A DNA stretch of 63,363 bases, counting the filler, from Candidatus Woesearchaeota archaeon (GTDB lineage Archaea > Nanobdellota > Nanobdellia > Woesearchaeales > B72-G16), in the NCBI GenBank assembly GCA_003650545.1. It is 3 parts of 3 records of this genome, joined end to end, with 100 filler letters (N's around TTAATTAATTAA, not from the genome) between each part and the next. Parts side by side here need not be neighbours in the genome. Positions count along the whole stretch, not along the records: positions 1 to 24,321 come from QMQO01000021.1; 2 more parts are not named here. One strand, written 5' to 3'. Of this stretch, positions 1 to 8,853 are shown in pieces. Both the position numbers and the translations under genes were made by a program. Each line of letters opens with the position of its first letter. The first letter of the stretch is position 1. Below the pieces are notes generated by a model that searched no databases, had not been told where the DNA came from, and saw only the letters and a program-made list of their open reading frames with translations.

Positions 1-86
1 CTTTAATGGTTGAAAGGATTGTGTTGTGATTGTCCAAGGTGGTAACTTAATATTTTACATCATATTTTTATTTTATCGGTGGTTTA

Positions 87-1781
87 GTGGTTAGGATTGC
101 CTATGTTTCTGTAGCACCATTCTGTAAGTCTGGGTATGGTAGGTGTACTGCTGAGCTTGTTTATAGACTTTTGAAGTGGTTTGAAGTTGATATTTTTGCT
201 TATCACGGTCTTCAATCTGGAGAGATAGATATTGTACTTTCTGGTTCTGAAGGTGATAGGGTAGTTAAGGTTATTGGTGGTGACGGTACTATAAACCACC
301 CGAAGCTACCCAAGAAAGCTCCAGAATATGACATAATCTTCTTTCACTACGATACATGGCTATTCTACACAGATAGGAGTAAGGATGTTGGTTTTACTGA
401 TTTTGTCAGGGGTTTACAAATTCATTGGCTAGTTGGTGATCAAATACCTGTACCACACCCATACAGGAAACTACTAAATTGTAGGTATGTGTACTGTGGT
501 GTTCCAATGACGAATTGGTTTAGAAACGTATTATTGAAATGCCCAGACATTCCAAAGGAAAAGGTTGGTCCTGTAATATATCACGGTGTAGACCCTAGGT
601 ATTGGTTTCCAGTATACTCACCAAAGCTTGAAGAGTTGGGTTTGCCAAAAGGTGAGTTTACGGTATTTACAATCGCTCCAAACGTTAGTATTAGAGAGAA
701 TATCCCAAATTGTATCGAGGGGTTTGCAATTTTCCTAAAGAAGTATAGGGTAGATGCATACTACATAATTAGAACGAATGTTGAGCCTGTACCTGGTGGT
801 TACTACCTAAAGGAGATTGTCAAGTCTATAGAAGAGATTTATGATGTAGATCTTTCAGACCGTATTGTGTTTATTACAGAGTTTGTTGATGATAGTGTTT
901 TAAGGGTTATCTACTCTCAAGTTGATGTTCTTTTAAATCCATTTACAGGAAGTTTTGAACTACCAATCCTAGAAGCAGCACTTTGTGATACACCAACCAT
1001 AGGTATTGACTTTGGTGGTGTAGCTGAGGTTCTTGGGTATGGTGAGAGGGGTTTGCTTGTTAAGGGATACCCACTTTGGGCCAACCTAACAAGTACAAAA
1101 ACCTACCTACCAGATCCAGAATCTATTGCTGAAGCACTCTATACATACTACGTAGATAAAAACCTAAGGAAAAAACATACAGCAAAATTAAGGAGTTGGA
1201 TTTTAAAGAATGCAACTTGGGATGTTGTTGCACAAAAGTTTAAGGAGTTGTTTGAGTGTGTCTATGAGGAAAAGATAAGCTACGGTAGAGCATACTACGT
1301 ATCGAGACACATAGACACTACAGAGTGGACCCACTTCAACTCTGTAAGAGGTAGGGTACTTGAGGTTGGTTGTGGTACAGGAGAGTTACTTTCATACTTA
1401 AGGGATAGGAATTGCTATGTTGTTGGAATTGACATTTCAAAGTATGCAGTTAAAAAGTGTAGGGAGTTTGATCACGATGTTGTTCTTGCTAGTGCTACAC
1501 ACATACCATTTAAAAACAACGCCTTTAACTATGTTGTAAGTCAACATACGCTAGAGCATGTTGGCAATTACTTTAAGGTTCTTGATGAGTGTTTGAGAGT
1601 AGCTAAAAAGCAAATACATGTACTACCAGGTCATAGGAGTACAGACCCTACACACAAGATAAATCACTTTACTGAAAAGGAAATCAATGAGATTGTGCTT
1701 AAGTACATGAACATGGGAGTAAAAGTTAAGGTTTACCCAGAGGGTTATCCTAGAGATTGGGTTTTAATAATTGAGAGATGA
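87..1781 (+). CDS. GT4 glycosyltransferase fused to C-terminal class I SAM methyltransferase
   Basis: SGYG, IYHGVD, SFELPILEAALC (GT-B); VLEVGCGTG, GIDIS, HTLEHV (MTase). Confidence 0.85.
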   Translation: MVRIAYVSVAPFCKSGYGRCTAELVYRLLKWFEVDIFAYHGLQSGEIDIVLSGSEGDRVVKVIGGDGTINHPKLPKKAPEYDIIFFHYDTWLFYTDRSKDVGFTDFVRGLQIHWLVGDQIPVPHPYRKLLNCRYVYCGVPMTNWFRNVLLKCPDIPKEKVGPVIYHGVDPRYWFPVYSPKLEELGLPKGEFTVFTIAPNVSIRENIPNCIEGFAIFLKKYRVDAYYIIRTNVEPVPGGYYLKEIVKSIEEIYDVDLSDRIVFITEFVDDSVLRVIYSQVDVLLNPFTGSFELPILEAALCDTPTIGIDFGGVAEVLGYGERGLLVKGYPLWANLTSTKTYLPDPESIAEALYTYYVDKNLRKKHTAKLRSWILKNATWDVVAQKFKELFECVYEEKISYGRAYYVSRHIDTTEWTHFNSVRGRVLEVGCGTGELLSYLRDRNCYVVGIDISKYAVKKCREFDHDVVLASATHIPFKNNAFNYVVSQHTLEHVGNYFKVLDECLRVAKKQIHVLPGHRSTDPTHKINHFTEKEINEIVLKYMNMGVKVKVYPEGYPRDWVLIIER

Positions 1782-2512
1782 TTGTCATGGATTTGAAAAA
1801 AGTTGAACATTCAATAAACCTAATTCGAGATTTCATAGAAAGTTACAATAGAGTAGCAGTTTGTTTTTCCGGAGGTAAGGATAGTTTAGTTCTAACATAC
1901 TTAACATTAAAAGCATTAAGTGAGGTAAAATCGAGTCCAAAGATTTGGTTTATAGTATGCGACCCAATACCAATTGAGGAAAACAGAGGTTTTTGCCAAT
2001 ACATTGTTGATAAATGGAATTTAAATGATTATGGTGAAATTATTTGGTATGAAGACTTAGTTAAAAAATACTCTAAAATTGATTTTGAAATTGCAAAAGA
2101 TAAGATAAGATGTTGTATGGAATTAAAGGTAAAACCATTGCGAAAATTCATTAGAGATGAAAATATTGAAGTTTTAATAACCGCAATAAGAGGTGATGAA
2201 CATCATGAAAGAGCTAAAGAAAGTGAAATATCGCCTAGGGAGGACCACATTAGGTTACACCCACTATTAAATTGGTCTCTTATCGATGTTTGGAGTTTTA
2301 TAAAGGAAAACAACCTACCCGTAAACCCACTGTACTTTAAAGGTTATTTAAGTCTCGGTTGTAAACCATGTACAAAACCTGTAACAAGCGGTTTCAAAAG
2401 TGTTGATGAGATAATAGAGTTTTTAAGGAGGGGCGGTGTTCATGAGCGTGCTGGTAGAGATATAGATAAGGAGCGTGTTATGGAAATACTAAGGTCGTTG
2501 GGGTACTTCTAA
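1778..2512 (+). CDS. PAPS reductase / sulfate adenylyltransferase subunit 2 family protein
   Basis: FSGGKDS PP-loop, RCCMELKVKPL, AIRGDE, HPLLNWS, GYLSLGCKPCT. Confidence 0.85.
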   Translation: MIVMDLKKVEHSINLIRDFIESYNRVAVCFSGGKDSLVLTYLTLKALSEVKSSPKIWFIVCDPIPIEENRGFCQYIVDKWNLNDYGEIIWYEDLVKKYSKIDFEIAKDKIRCCMELKVKPLRKFIRDENIEVLITAIRGDEHHERAKESEISPREDHIRLHPLLNWSLIDVWSFIKENNLPVNPLYFKGYLSLGCKPCTKPVTSGFKSVDEIIEFLRRGGVHERAGRDIDKERVMEILRSLGYF

Positions 2513-3270
2513 TGAAGGAACAACTCAAACTTTTAAGTAAGGACCTTGAACATTGTGATATAGTCATAATATTAGATGCGTGTAGGTGTGACTACTTTAG
2601 AAAGTACTCTAAAATAGATTGTGAGTGTGTCATATCACCAGCATCATATACCTTAGGTTGGTTGAAGGTTGTCTCACCTCTATTTCAAAGGTATGAGTTT
2701 GTAGCAATTTCGTCCCACCCATACATTAACTCTAAAGGTGATGTCCTTGGTCATGGGTATGATGCTAGACCGTACTTTAAATACATTGTCGATCTATGGA
2801 ATTTCTACTACGATAAGAGTATAGGTACTGTACATCCAGTACATGTTTACAATACGTTTAAGAAAATGTTTAATATGTTAAAAAAGTTCAAGATGTTGAT
2901 ATGGTTTTTACAGCCACACCTACCTCCAGCAACAAGAAGTTTATACCAATACTTCAAATGTGATTACAATGATATAGATATTGTAAAGTTGATTGAAAGG
3001 GGGGTGTTGAAGGATAGTGATTATGTTGAAATGTACATTGAAAACCTACAGCTTGTACTAGATTACACCTACAAAATCCTTGACTACTGTAGGGATAGAA
3101 AGGAGGTTGTAGGTAAGAGGGAAATTAATGTTTTAATAACTTCAGATCACGGTGAGTTTCTTGGTGAGGAAATTGAGCTTAATGGTAAGAAGGTGAAGGT
3201 ATTTTCACACCCTGGAAATATTTCACATCCAATACTTAGGACGGTACCCTACGCATTAGTTTCATTGTGA
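2512..3270 (+). CDS. alkaline phosphatase/sulfatase superfamily protein
   Basis: IILDACRCD, SPASYT, QPH, ITSDHGEFLGE, H...VP motifs. Confidence 0.75.
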   Translation: MKEQLKLLSKDLEHCDIVIILDACRCDYFRKYSKIDCECVISPASYTLGWLKVVSPLFQRYEFVAISSHPYINSKGDVLGHGYDARPYFKYIVDLWNFYYDKSIGTVHPVHVYNTFKKMFNMLKKFKMLIWFLQPHLPPATRSLYQYFKCDYNDIDIVKLIERGVLKDSDYVEMYIENLQLVLDYTYKILDYCRDRKEVVGKREINVLITSDHGEFLGEEIELNGKKVKVFSHPGNISHPILRTVPYALVSL

Positions 3271-3321
3271 TTGTTAGAAATTGTTTTATTTCTAAACACA
3301 ACCTCTATACTGTAGATAAGC

Positions 3322-3999
3322 ATGGTATTGAGCAATCCTGTTAAGGTTCATGTCAAGAGGGCGTATGAAGAAACAACATGTACTGTTACACAGTTAACAA
3401 AGTCTGCTAGACCGTGTGTTGAAACTTCTGTTTTCAAAATAACAATCTACAATGCAGATATCGACTATCTATACTGTGATATCTATGTTACAGATGTAAA
3501 GACGAATAAGAGGGTTTATGAAAAAACTGGCATTCCAATACCTGGACTTTCGACAGAGGATATTACAGTTAAGATCCACTTTACAGAGGATTTACTTGGA
3601 AAGAGAGAGTTGAAATTAGAAGTTTGGGGTGAAGTATATGTTTGGCCCACCTCAATGAGGTGGAAATTACATGAAGATACATATTATGTTGAGGTTAAGC
3701 CTAGCGACCTAAGTGTTACTGTCGAAAATGTAAGTGCGTGTATTAAATGTTCACAAGAGGTTGAGGTTAATGTTGGTCAAAAGATAGTTATTGACTTTAC
3801 AATCAAGCTTAGTGAGTCTGTACCATGTGATAGTTATGTCAATGCTAGATTGATTATAAACAATAGTGTTGTAAAGACAAAGAAGGTTGAAGTACCAGTA
3901 AACTCGAACATGGCAAAAGGTAGTTTTGAACATACGTTCACAAGTGTTGGTGATTATACAGTTTATGTTGATGTTGATGACTATACAATACCTAAATGA
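3322..3999 (+). CDS. two Ig-like domain protein with N-terminal SNPVxVHV strand
   Basis: beta-rich; starts MVLSNPVKVHV; ends GDYTVYVDVD-like F strand. Confidence 0.6.
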   Translation: MVLSNPVKVHVKRAYEETTCTVTQLTKSARPCVETSVFKITIYNADIDYLYCDIYVTDVKTNKRVYEKTGIPIPGLSTEDITVKIHFTEDLLGKRELKLEVWGEVYVWPTSMRWKLHEDTYYVEVKPSDLSVTVENVSACIKCSQEVEVNVGQKIVIDFTIKLSESVPCDSYVNARLIINNSVVKTKKVEVPVNSNMAKGSFEHTFTSVGDYTVYVDVDDYTIPK

Positions 4000-4349
4000 T
4001 GGTTATGACAGTCTTAATTTCAAATCCAGTATACGTACATGTTAGAGATGTAATCTCATACGCAGACCTTACTGTCGATGGTAGGAAGTACGTTGAAGTT
4101 TACATTAACACACCAGTTACGTTAGAGTTGAGGATTAGACTGTTAAAGTCATTACCATTCCCAATAAAGGCTGTGATACCGCTAGAAGTTAGGGGTCCCA
4201 AATCGTTTGTTATTGAAAATGCATTTACACTAAACTTCAATGTTGGTGAGGTTGAAAAGATGGGTAGGTTTACAATTTCATTCGATACTCCAGGAAAGTA
4301 CGTTTGTAGAGCATTGGTTGGTGAGGTCAATATTAGTGTAGTTGGTTAA
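3996..4349 (+). CDS. single Ig-like domain protein with N-terminal SNPVYVHV strand
   Basis: ISNPVYVHVRD; FDTPGKYVCRA Tyr-corner motif. Confidence 0.6.
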   Translation: MMVMTVLISNPVYVHVRDVISYADLTVDGRKYVEVYINTPVTLELRIRLLKSLPFPIKAVIPLEVRGPKSFVIENAFTLNFNVGEVEKMGRFTISFDTPGKYVCRALVGEVNISVVG

Positions 4350-4352
4350 GCA

Positions 4353-5105
4353 TTACTCAATCAATTCAGCGTATACGGTATAGAAGTTTTCTGGTATGTC
4401 AAATCTCAACTTGCCTTCAGCATACCCATGATAAATTGCTCCTTTTTCTATTGTTTTAAAGTGCTGTAGTGTTATTACAATGTTATCCTTGAGGGTGTGT
4501 GTTCCCTTCTCACCTATGGCGATTATCCTGAATTTCTTACTTACTGGCCTACAGGATTCTATTGGTTGTATCAAAGCTTCAACGTTTATCCTATACGGGA
4601 CTTCCTCGCCAATGTAGTACTCAAGTATGTCTGGTCTACCAACCATATACCTCTTCTTTAGAAAGTCAAGTTCTATACTTGTCATAGCGATTGTCTTGGG
4701 TGGGACAGTACATACTTCTAAGTAGCATTTATCTCTAATGAAGATTATCTCTTCTTTTGTATTCTCAATTTTTCTCACTTCTACACTCGCTATTACGTAG
4801 TGGCTATACCAATATGTTGGTATTTTCGTTTCTAATGTAAGAGTTTTTTGCTCCCTAGTTACCTCGACAATCCATTCATCATATAGGTAACCACCTTCAT
4901 CATGTAGTAAAACATGTACTACCTGGTGGTAAACTTCTTCAGGTACTAAATTCCAGTCTAGATAAACAATGACCTTGGCATTAACGTGGTATTCCTTTGG
5001 AACAACAGTCTTTCCTCTTCTGTCATTTACATAAAGTTCTACTTTTGATATTGGTGGGAAGTACCAAACAACCATCTTATCAATTATTTCACCTAGAACA
5101 AACAT
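4353..5105 (-). CDS. Ig-like beta-sandwich protein
   Basis: beta-rich; ends FDIPENFYTVYAELIE. Confidence 0.5.
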   Translation of the reverse strand: MFVLGEIIDKMVVWYFPPISKVELYVNDRRGKTVVPKEYHVNAKVIVYLDWNLVPEEVYHQVVHVLLHDEGGYLYDEWIVEVTREQKTLTLETKIPTYWYSHYVIASVEVRKIENTKEEIIFIRDKCYLEVCTVPPKTIAMTSIELDFLKKRYMVGRPDILEYYIGEEVPYRINVEALIQPIESCRPVSKKFRIIAIGEKGTHTLKDNIVITLQHFKTIEKGAIYHGYAEGKLRFDIPENFYTVYAELIE

Positions 5106-5142
5106 TAAATATTTTTCCTAAGAATTACTCTCTAGTGATAAA

Positions 5143-5304
5143 ATGGTTGTTAGGAGCAATCCAGTTTACGTTCACGTTAGGGAAAAAGTACCTGCTGTAG
5201 CACCTACTGTTAAACCGATAAAAATACCTAGTTCACTTGTGTTGTTCGGTCTATTCTTCATGTTCATACTATTCTTAGCTGCTATTGTTAAGAGGAGGAA
5301 GTAG
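5143..5304 (+). CDS. 53-aa membrane-anchored peptide with N-terminal SNPVYVHV strand (not in ORF track)
   Basis: MVVRSNPVYVHVREKVPAVAPTVKPIKIPSSLVLFGLFFMFILFLAAIVKRRK: shared motif, Pro linker, TM helix, basic tail. Confidence 0.75.
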   Translation: MVVRSNPVYVHVREKVPAVAPTVKPIKIPSSLVLFGLFFMFILFLAAIVKRRK

Positions 5305-5364
5305 TAATGTAGATGTCTTAAGTAAAGAATAAAATAAATTGTTTTTATTTTAACCGTAGAGAAC

Positions 5365-6045
5365 ATGTTTGACATACTAAGTTTTTCAATTGGTTTGGTA
5401 GCAGGCTTTATTGTCAGTGTAATACTATTAGCGACGTACTTGGTGCTATTCCCTGGAGTTAGAAGGTTGGCATCAGTATTGAAAAGGATTTTTGAAATGA
5501 TTTCAAACTACATTTCAAAGATCATCAATGTTTTAGATGCTTTAAAGAGAGTTGTACCTCAACAATATGTAAAGTTCATTGACTTTGCAATTAATGTTCT
5601 TAAGATATTAAAGGCAATTATTGAAAAAGCAAAGCAAATATGTGAGCTTATCGAGACTGGAGTATTGAAGGTTAAAGAAGCTATCAAAAGATTTGAAGCA
5701 TTGATAAGAGAAGGAGAAACAGCATATAAGACAATACAGGAAGGACCACCACCACTACCTGCTACTGTCTATGGAGATTTATTAGTGAATGACCAGCCGT
5801 ACAAAGCATCTAAGGATGAATTTAAGATTGAGGTTTTCGAGAATAAGGAAAACGTACAGGGTGTTGACATCTATACTGAGGCAGGTGTTTACGCAATAAC
5901 ATTCACATTGAAAGAACCTTTGGCCATAGGTGTAAAGCTATACTTTAGAGATTACATGTTCTACAATGGATATTTAAGACCTGGGGATTTGAAGAGAGTT
6001 GACATACACTATAGAACAGTTGAATCAAAATCATGTTGGATGTAA
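5365..6045 (+). CDS. membrane protein: N-terminal TM, helical stalk, C-terminal beta domain
   Basis: hydrophobic N-terminus; PPPLPATVYGDLLVN start of a beta domain. Confidence 0.55.
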   Translation: MFDILSFSIGLVAGFIVSVILLATYLVLFPGVRRLASVLKRIFEMISNYISKIINVLDALKRVVPQQYVKFIDFAINVLKILKAIIEKAKQICELIETGVLKVKEAIKRFEALIREGETAYKTIQEGPPPLPATVYGDLLVNDQPYKASKDEFKIEVFENKENVQGVDIYTEAGVYAITFTLKEPLAIGVKLYFRDYMFYNGYLRPGDLKRVDIHYRTVESKSCWM

Positions 6046-6097
6046 CGAGTAAAAACTAAAATTCTCTTTTTTACTTTTTACTTTTGGTGTTTAAAGT

Positions 6098-7144
6098 ATG
6101 GAACTTATAACTAAGAAGGAAAAGAAGGTGTTAGATGCATTAATTGTAAAGCATAGGAAAGATGGTGTTTTAGGCTATTCCAACATTAAACATGATGGTA
6201 AGATTAGAATTTATGTTAGTTCTGAAGATGTTACACCGCATGTACTTGCTTTCTGTACAGCAAAAGGTATTGACAATATAGAAATTGTTGTTATTGGTGA
6301 GGTTAAGGCTTTAGGTAGTTTTTTCCCAATAACATCAACAACACCAGAAAAGACAAAGAAAATTAGACCTTTAGTTATTGGCACAAGTGTCGGTCATAAA
6401 AACATAACGGCAGGCACTATCGGTCTTTTTGTAAAGGATGAATATGGTAACGAGTGTATTTTAAGTAATGCACATGTACTACATCCAAACCCACTATCAA
6501 GCTATTTACCAGTTGATAAAACCATTTGCCAACCTGGACCCTATGATTTCAATTTTGATATGTCAAAGGTTGATGAGTATAGGGTTGGTCAATTGTTAAA
6601 GCACATTCCATTGATTGGAATGTACAGTGGTTCTCAATGTAACCTAGCAATCTTTATTGAAAAGATGTTAAACGTAATAGCAAAGGCTTTTAGAAGGAGG
6701 ACTAGGTTTATTGCTGTGGCACAAGTTCCAAACTATGCCGATGCAGCAATAGCAAAGATTGACGAGGGTATAAAGTACATCCCAGATAAGACGTTTAGTT
6801 GTAAGATAAGTGCAAATACTCATAAGTGGATTGGATTGTTATTTGCAGGAAGTTCAAACGGAAAATATGCAGTAATGTGTAAGGCAAAATATATTATTGA
6901 GGGGTTGAGAATAACACCAATAGCCTTTGAGGTTCTTCACGATTTAAAAATTGGTATGATTGTTGAAAAAGATGGTAGAAGTTCGTGTTATACAAAAGGA
7001 AGGTTAATCGATGTTTCAGCTAGTATAACAGTATCCTACGGCATCGATAATGTCTGGTTTGATGATGTCTGTATTGTTGAAGCAATAGATAATGTAATGT
7101 GCCTACCTGGAGATAGTGGTAGCTCAATGTTTGTAAGAATTTAA
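6098..7144 (+). CDS. trypsin-like (S1, Nal1-like) serine protease
   Basis: AGTIG, LSNAHVL (His), ADAAIA (Asp), PGDSGS (Ser). Confidence 0.85.
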   Translation: MELITKKEKKVLDALIVKHRKDGVLGYSNIKHDGKIRIYVSSEDVTPHVLAFCTAKGIDNIEIVVIGEVKALGSFFPITSTTPEKTKKIRPLVIGTSVGHKNITAGTIGLFVKDEYGNECILSNAHVLHPNPLSSYLPVDKTICQPGPYDFNFDMSKVDEYRVGQLLKHIPLIGMYSGSQCNLAIFIEKMLNVIAKAFRRRTRFIAVAQVPNYADAAIAKIDEGIKYIPDKTFSCKISANTHKWIGLLFAGSSNGKYAVMCKAKYIIEGLRITPIAFEVLHDLKIGMIVEKDGRSSCYTKGRLIDVSASITVSYGIDNVWFDDVCIVEAIDNVMCLPGDSGSSMFVRI

Positions 7145-7566
7145 ATTATTTCGTGAGAAAATTGATTTTCAAATTTATTAGTAATCATGTTGTACGCTAC
7201 AGCTAATTTAATAGCAACAACCATTTCAGCAGATAGAAATTCATCGAGAATTTGAATAACAGTACTATCCTTTTCTAAATCCCTCCCACATTTTTTACTT
7301 TCCTGTATGAGGTAGTGTAAGAAATATGCCATCATATTAAATGTAAGACCAATCATTGAAATACCATTTATTTTAAATCCACATTTCTTTGCTAAGAGAC
7401 TGCCTAGTAATCCCATTGTCAATGCAATTTTTTCAACGTCAGATATTTTTTGAGAAGATACTTGTAAACACCCTTCTCTTATCAATTCCTCAGCAATTTT
7501 TACCAACTCCCCTTTCAAATCATCAATTATTTTTTGAACAACATCCTTACTATTCATTTTAATCAC
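7141..7566 (-). CDS. hypothetical protein
   Basis: 141-aa ORF filling gap. Confidence 0.5.
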   Translation of the reverse strand: MIKMNSKDVVQKIIDDLKGELVKIAEELIREGCLQVSSQKISDVEKIALTMGLLGSLLAKKCGFKINGISMIGLTFNMMAYFLHYLIQESKKCGRDLEKDSTVIQILDEFLSAEMVVAIKLAVAYNMITNKFENQFSHEII

Positions 7567-7614
7567 AACGTTGGTTGTTTGATGCTAGTTAATATTCCTA
7601 ATCGTTAAATTATC

Positions 7615-8742
7615 TCAGTACTTTCTTAACAGGATGTATGAATTCCATCCACACTTGATATATTCCTGTGCTGGTGGTGTAGGTATTTCCTCGGGGAGTT
7701 TTATAATTGTTAGATAGTCCTTCAATATCTCTGCTAGTTCACCCTCCTCTTCAGTTAGTTTTCTATATGTGATCTCGATTGGTTTTACCCAGTCTGGAGC
7801 AAGGTAGTTGATATACTCATTAACTATCTTTACTGCCATGTCAACTCTCTTATCTGCTATGGTTGTTTTTACTATATCTTCAATACCTTGTAATATGTTT
7901 GGTTTTTCAAATCTAATAAATCCGTAAATGATGTTTAATGGTCCTGGCTTTACAAGTCTATCTTCAATATCCAACATTTTGTATATAACCCTCTTAAGTG
8001 TGTAAACTAGTATTCTAAGCATCATCCTTCTAAAGTCTTTAAATTCCTCTTTTCCTGCTGATCTAAATCTTGCGGGACCAAACATCATTATTGGTCCTAC
8101 CCACTCTTTAAAGTACATTTCAAAGCCACGTTTGATATCTACATTTTCTTTAAAAACCTCAACTTCAAGTACATTCGGTTCTCTATTCATTGAGAATCTT
8201 AGTGAATTGTATAGGGTAGGTGCTTCAAGAAGTAGTATCTTAAACATTTCGAACATGTCTAAGTACAACGATGATTTTAACTCATCTCTAAAACACTCAT
8301 CAAATGCTTTCGATAATTTATCTTTCAACTCTATTTCATCTATTTCTCCACGAAGATACTCTCTTACAAACTCAATAAGCTCTGTGTAAGTACTTTCGGT
8401 AATGTTGAGAAAGATTATCCTCCCAAGTTTTAACTCAACAACGTCCTTTACATGATATAACTCATGAAATATTTCACCTTTTACGTAGTATATCAATCTC
8501 CTAGGGTCTTCTTTTAAATAATCCATCAACTCATCATATATTTCTACTTTAGTTGGGAATAAGATTATTGCTTTAGGTTTACATTCTGGATGAGAAATTA
8601 TGATTTTTGTTGAAGGTATGAACACATCTCTAGTTACTTTAACCTCAATTTCAACATCTTTTGGAACGCCTATTTCACGTCTATACCTTTCAACCCAATA
8701 CCTAATTTCCTCTTCAAGTCCTTCGTAACTAATGATAGGCAT
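7615..8742 (-). CDS. hypothetical protein with HExxH (possible zincin metallopeptidase)
   Basis: EIFHELYHVKD. Confidence 0.45.
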   Translation of the reverse strand: MPIISYEGLEEEIRYWVERYRREIGVPKDVEIEVKVTRDVFIPSTKIIISHPECKPKAIILFPTKVEIYDELMDYLKEDPRRLIYYVKGEIFHELYHVKDVVELKLGRIIFLNITESTYTELIEFVREYLRGEIDEIELKDKLSKAFDECFRDELKSSLYLDMFEMFKILLLEAPTLYNSLRFSMNREPNVLEVEVFKENVDIKRGFEMYFKEWVGPIMMFGPARFRSAGKEEFKDFRRMMLRILVYTLKRVIYKMLDIEDRLVKPGPLNIIYGFIRFEKPNILQGIEDIVKTTIADKRVDMAVKIVNEYINYLAPDWVKPIEITYRKLTEEEGELAEILKDYLTIIKLPEEIPTPPAQEYIKCGWNSYILLRKY

Positions 8743-8853
8743 GTGAGAAATGTTGTGTGTAAAATAAATAAAGATTTTTTACTCGTTATCTTATTATGTC
8801 GTCTACAATCTGTAGGAACTCTGGTTTCTGGGTGTCAAAATGTAGGTAAGATA

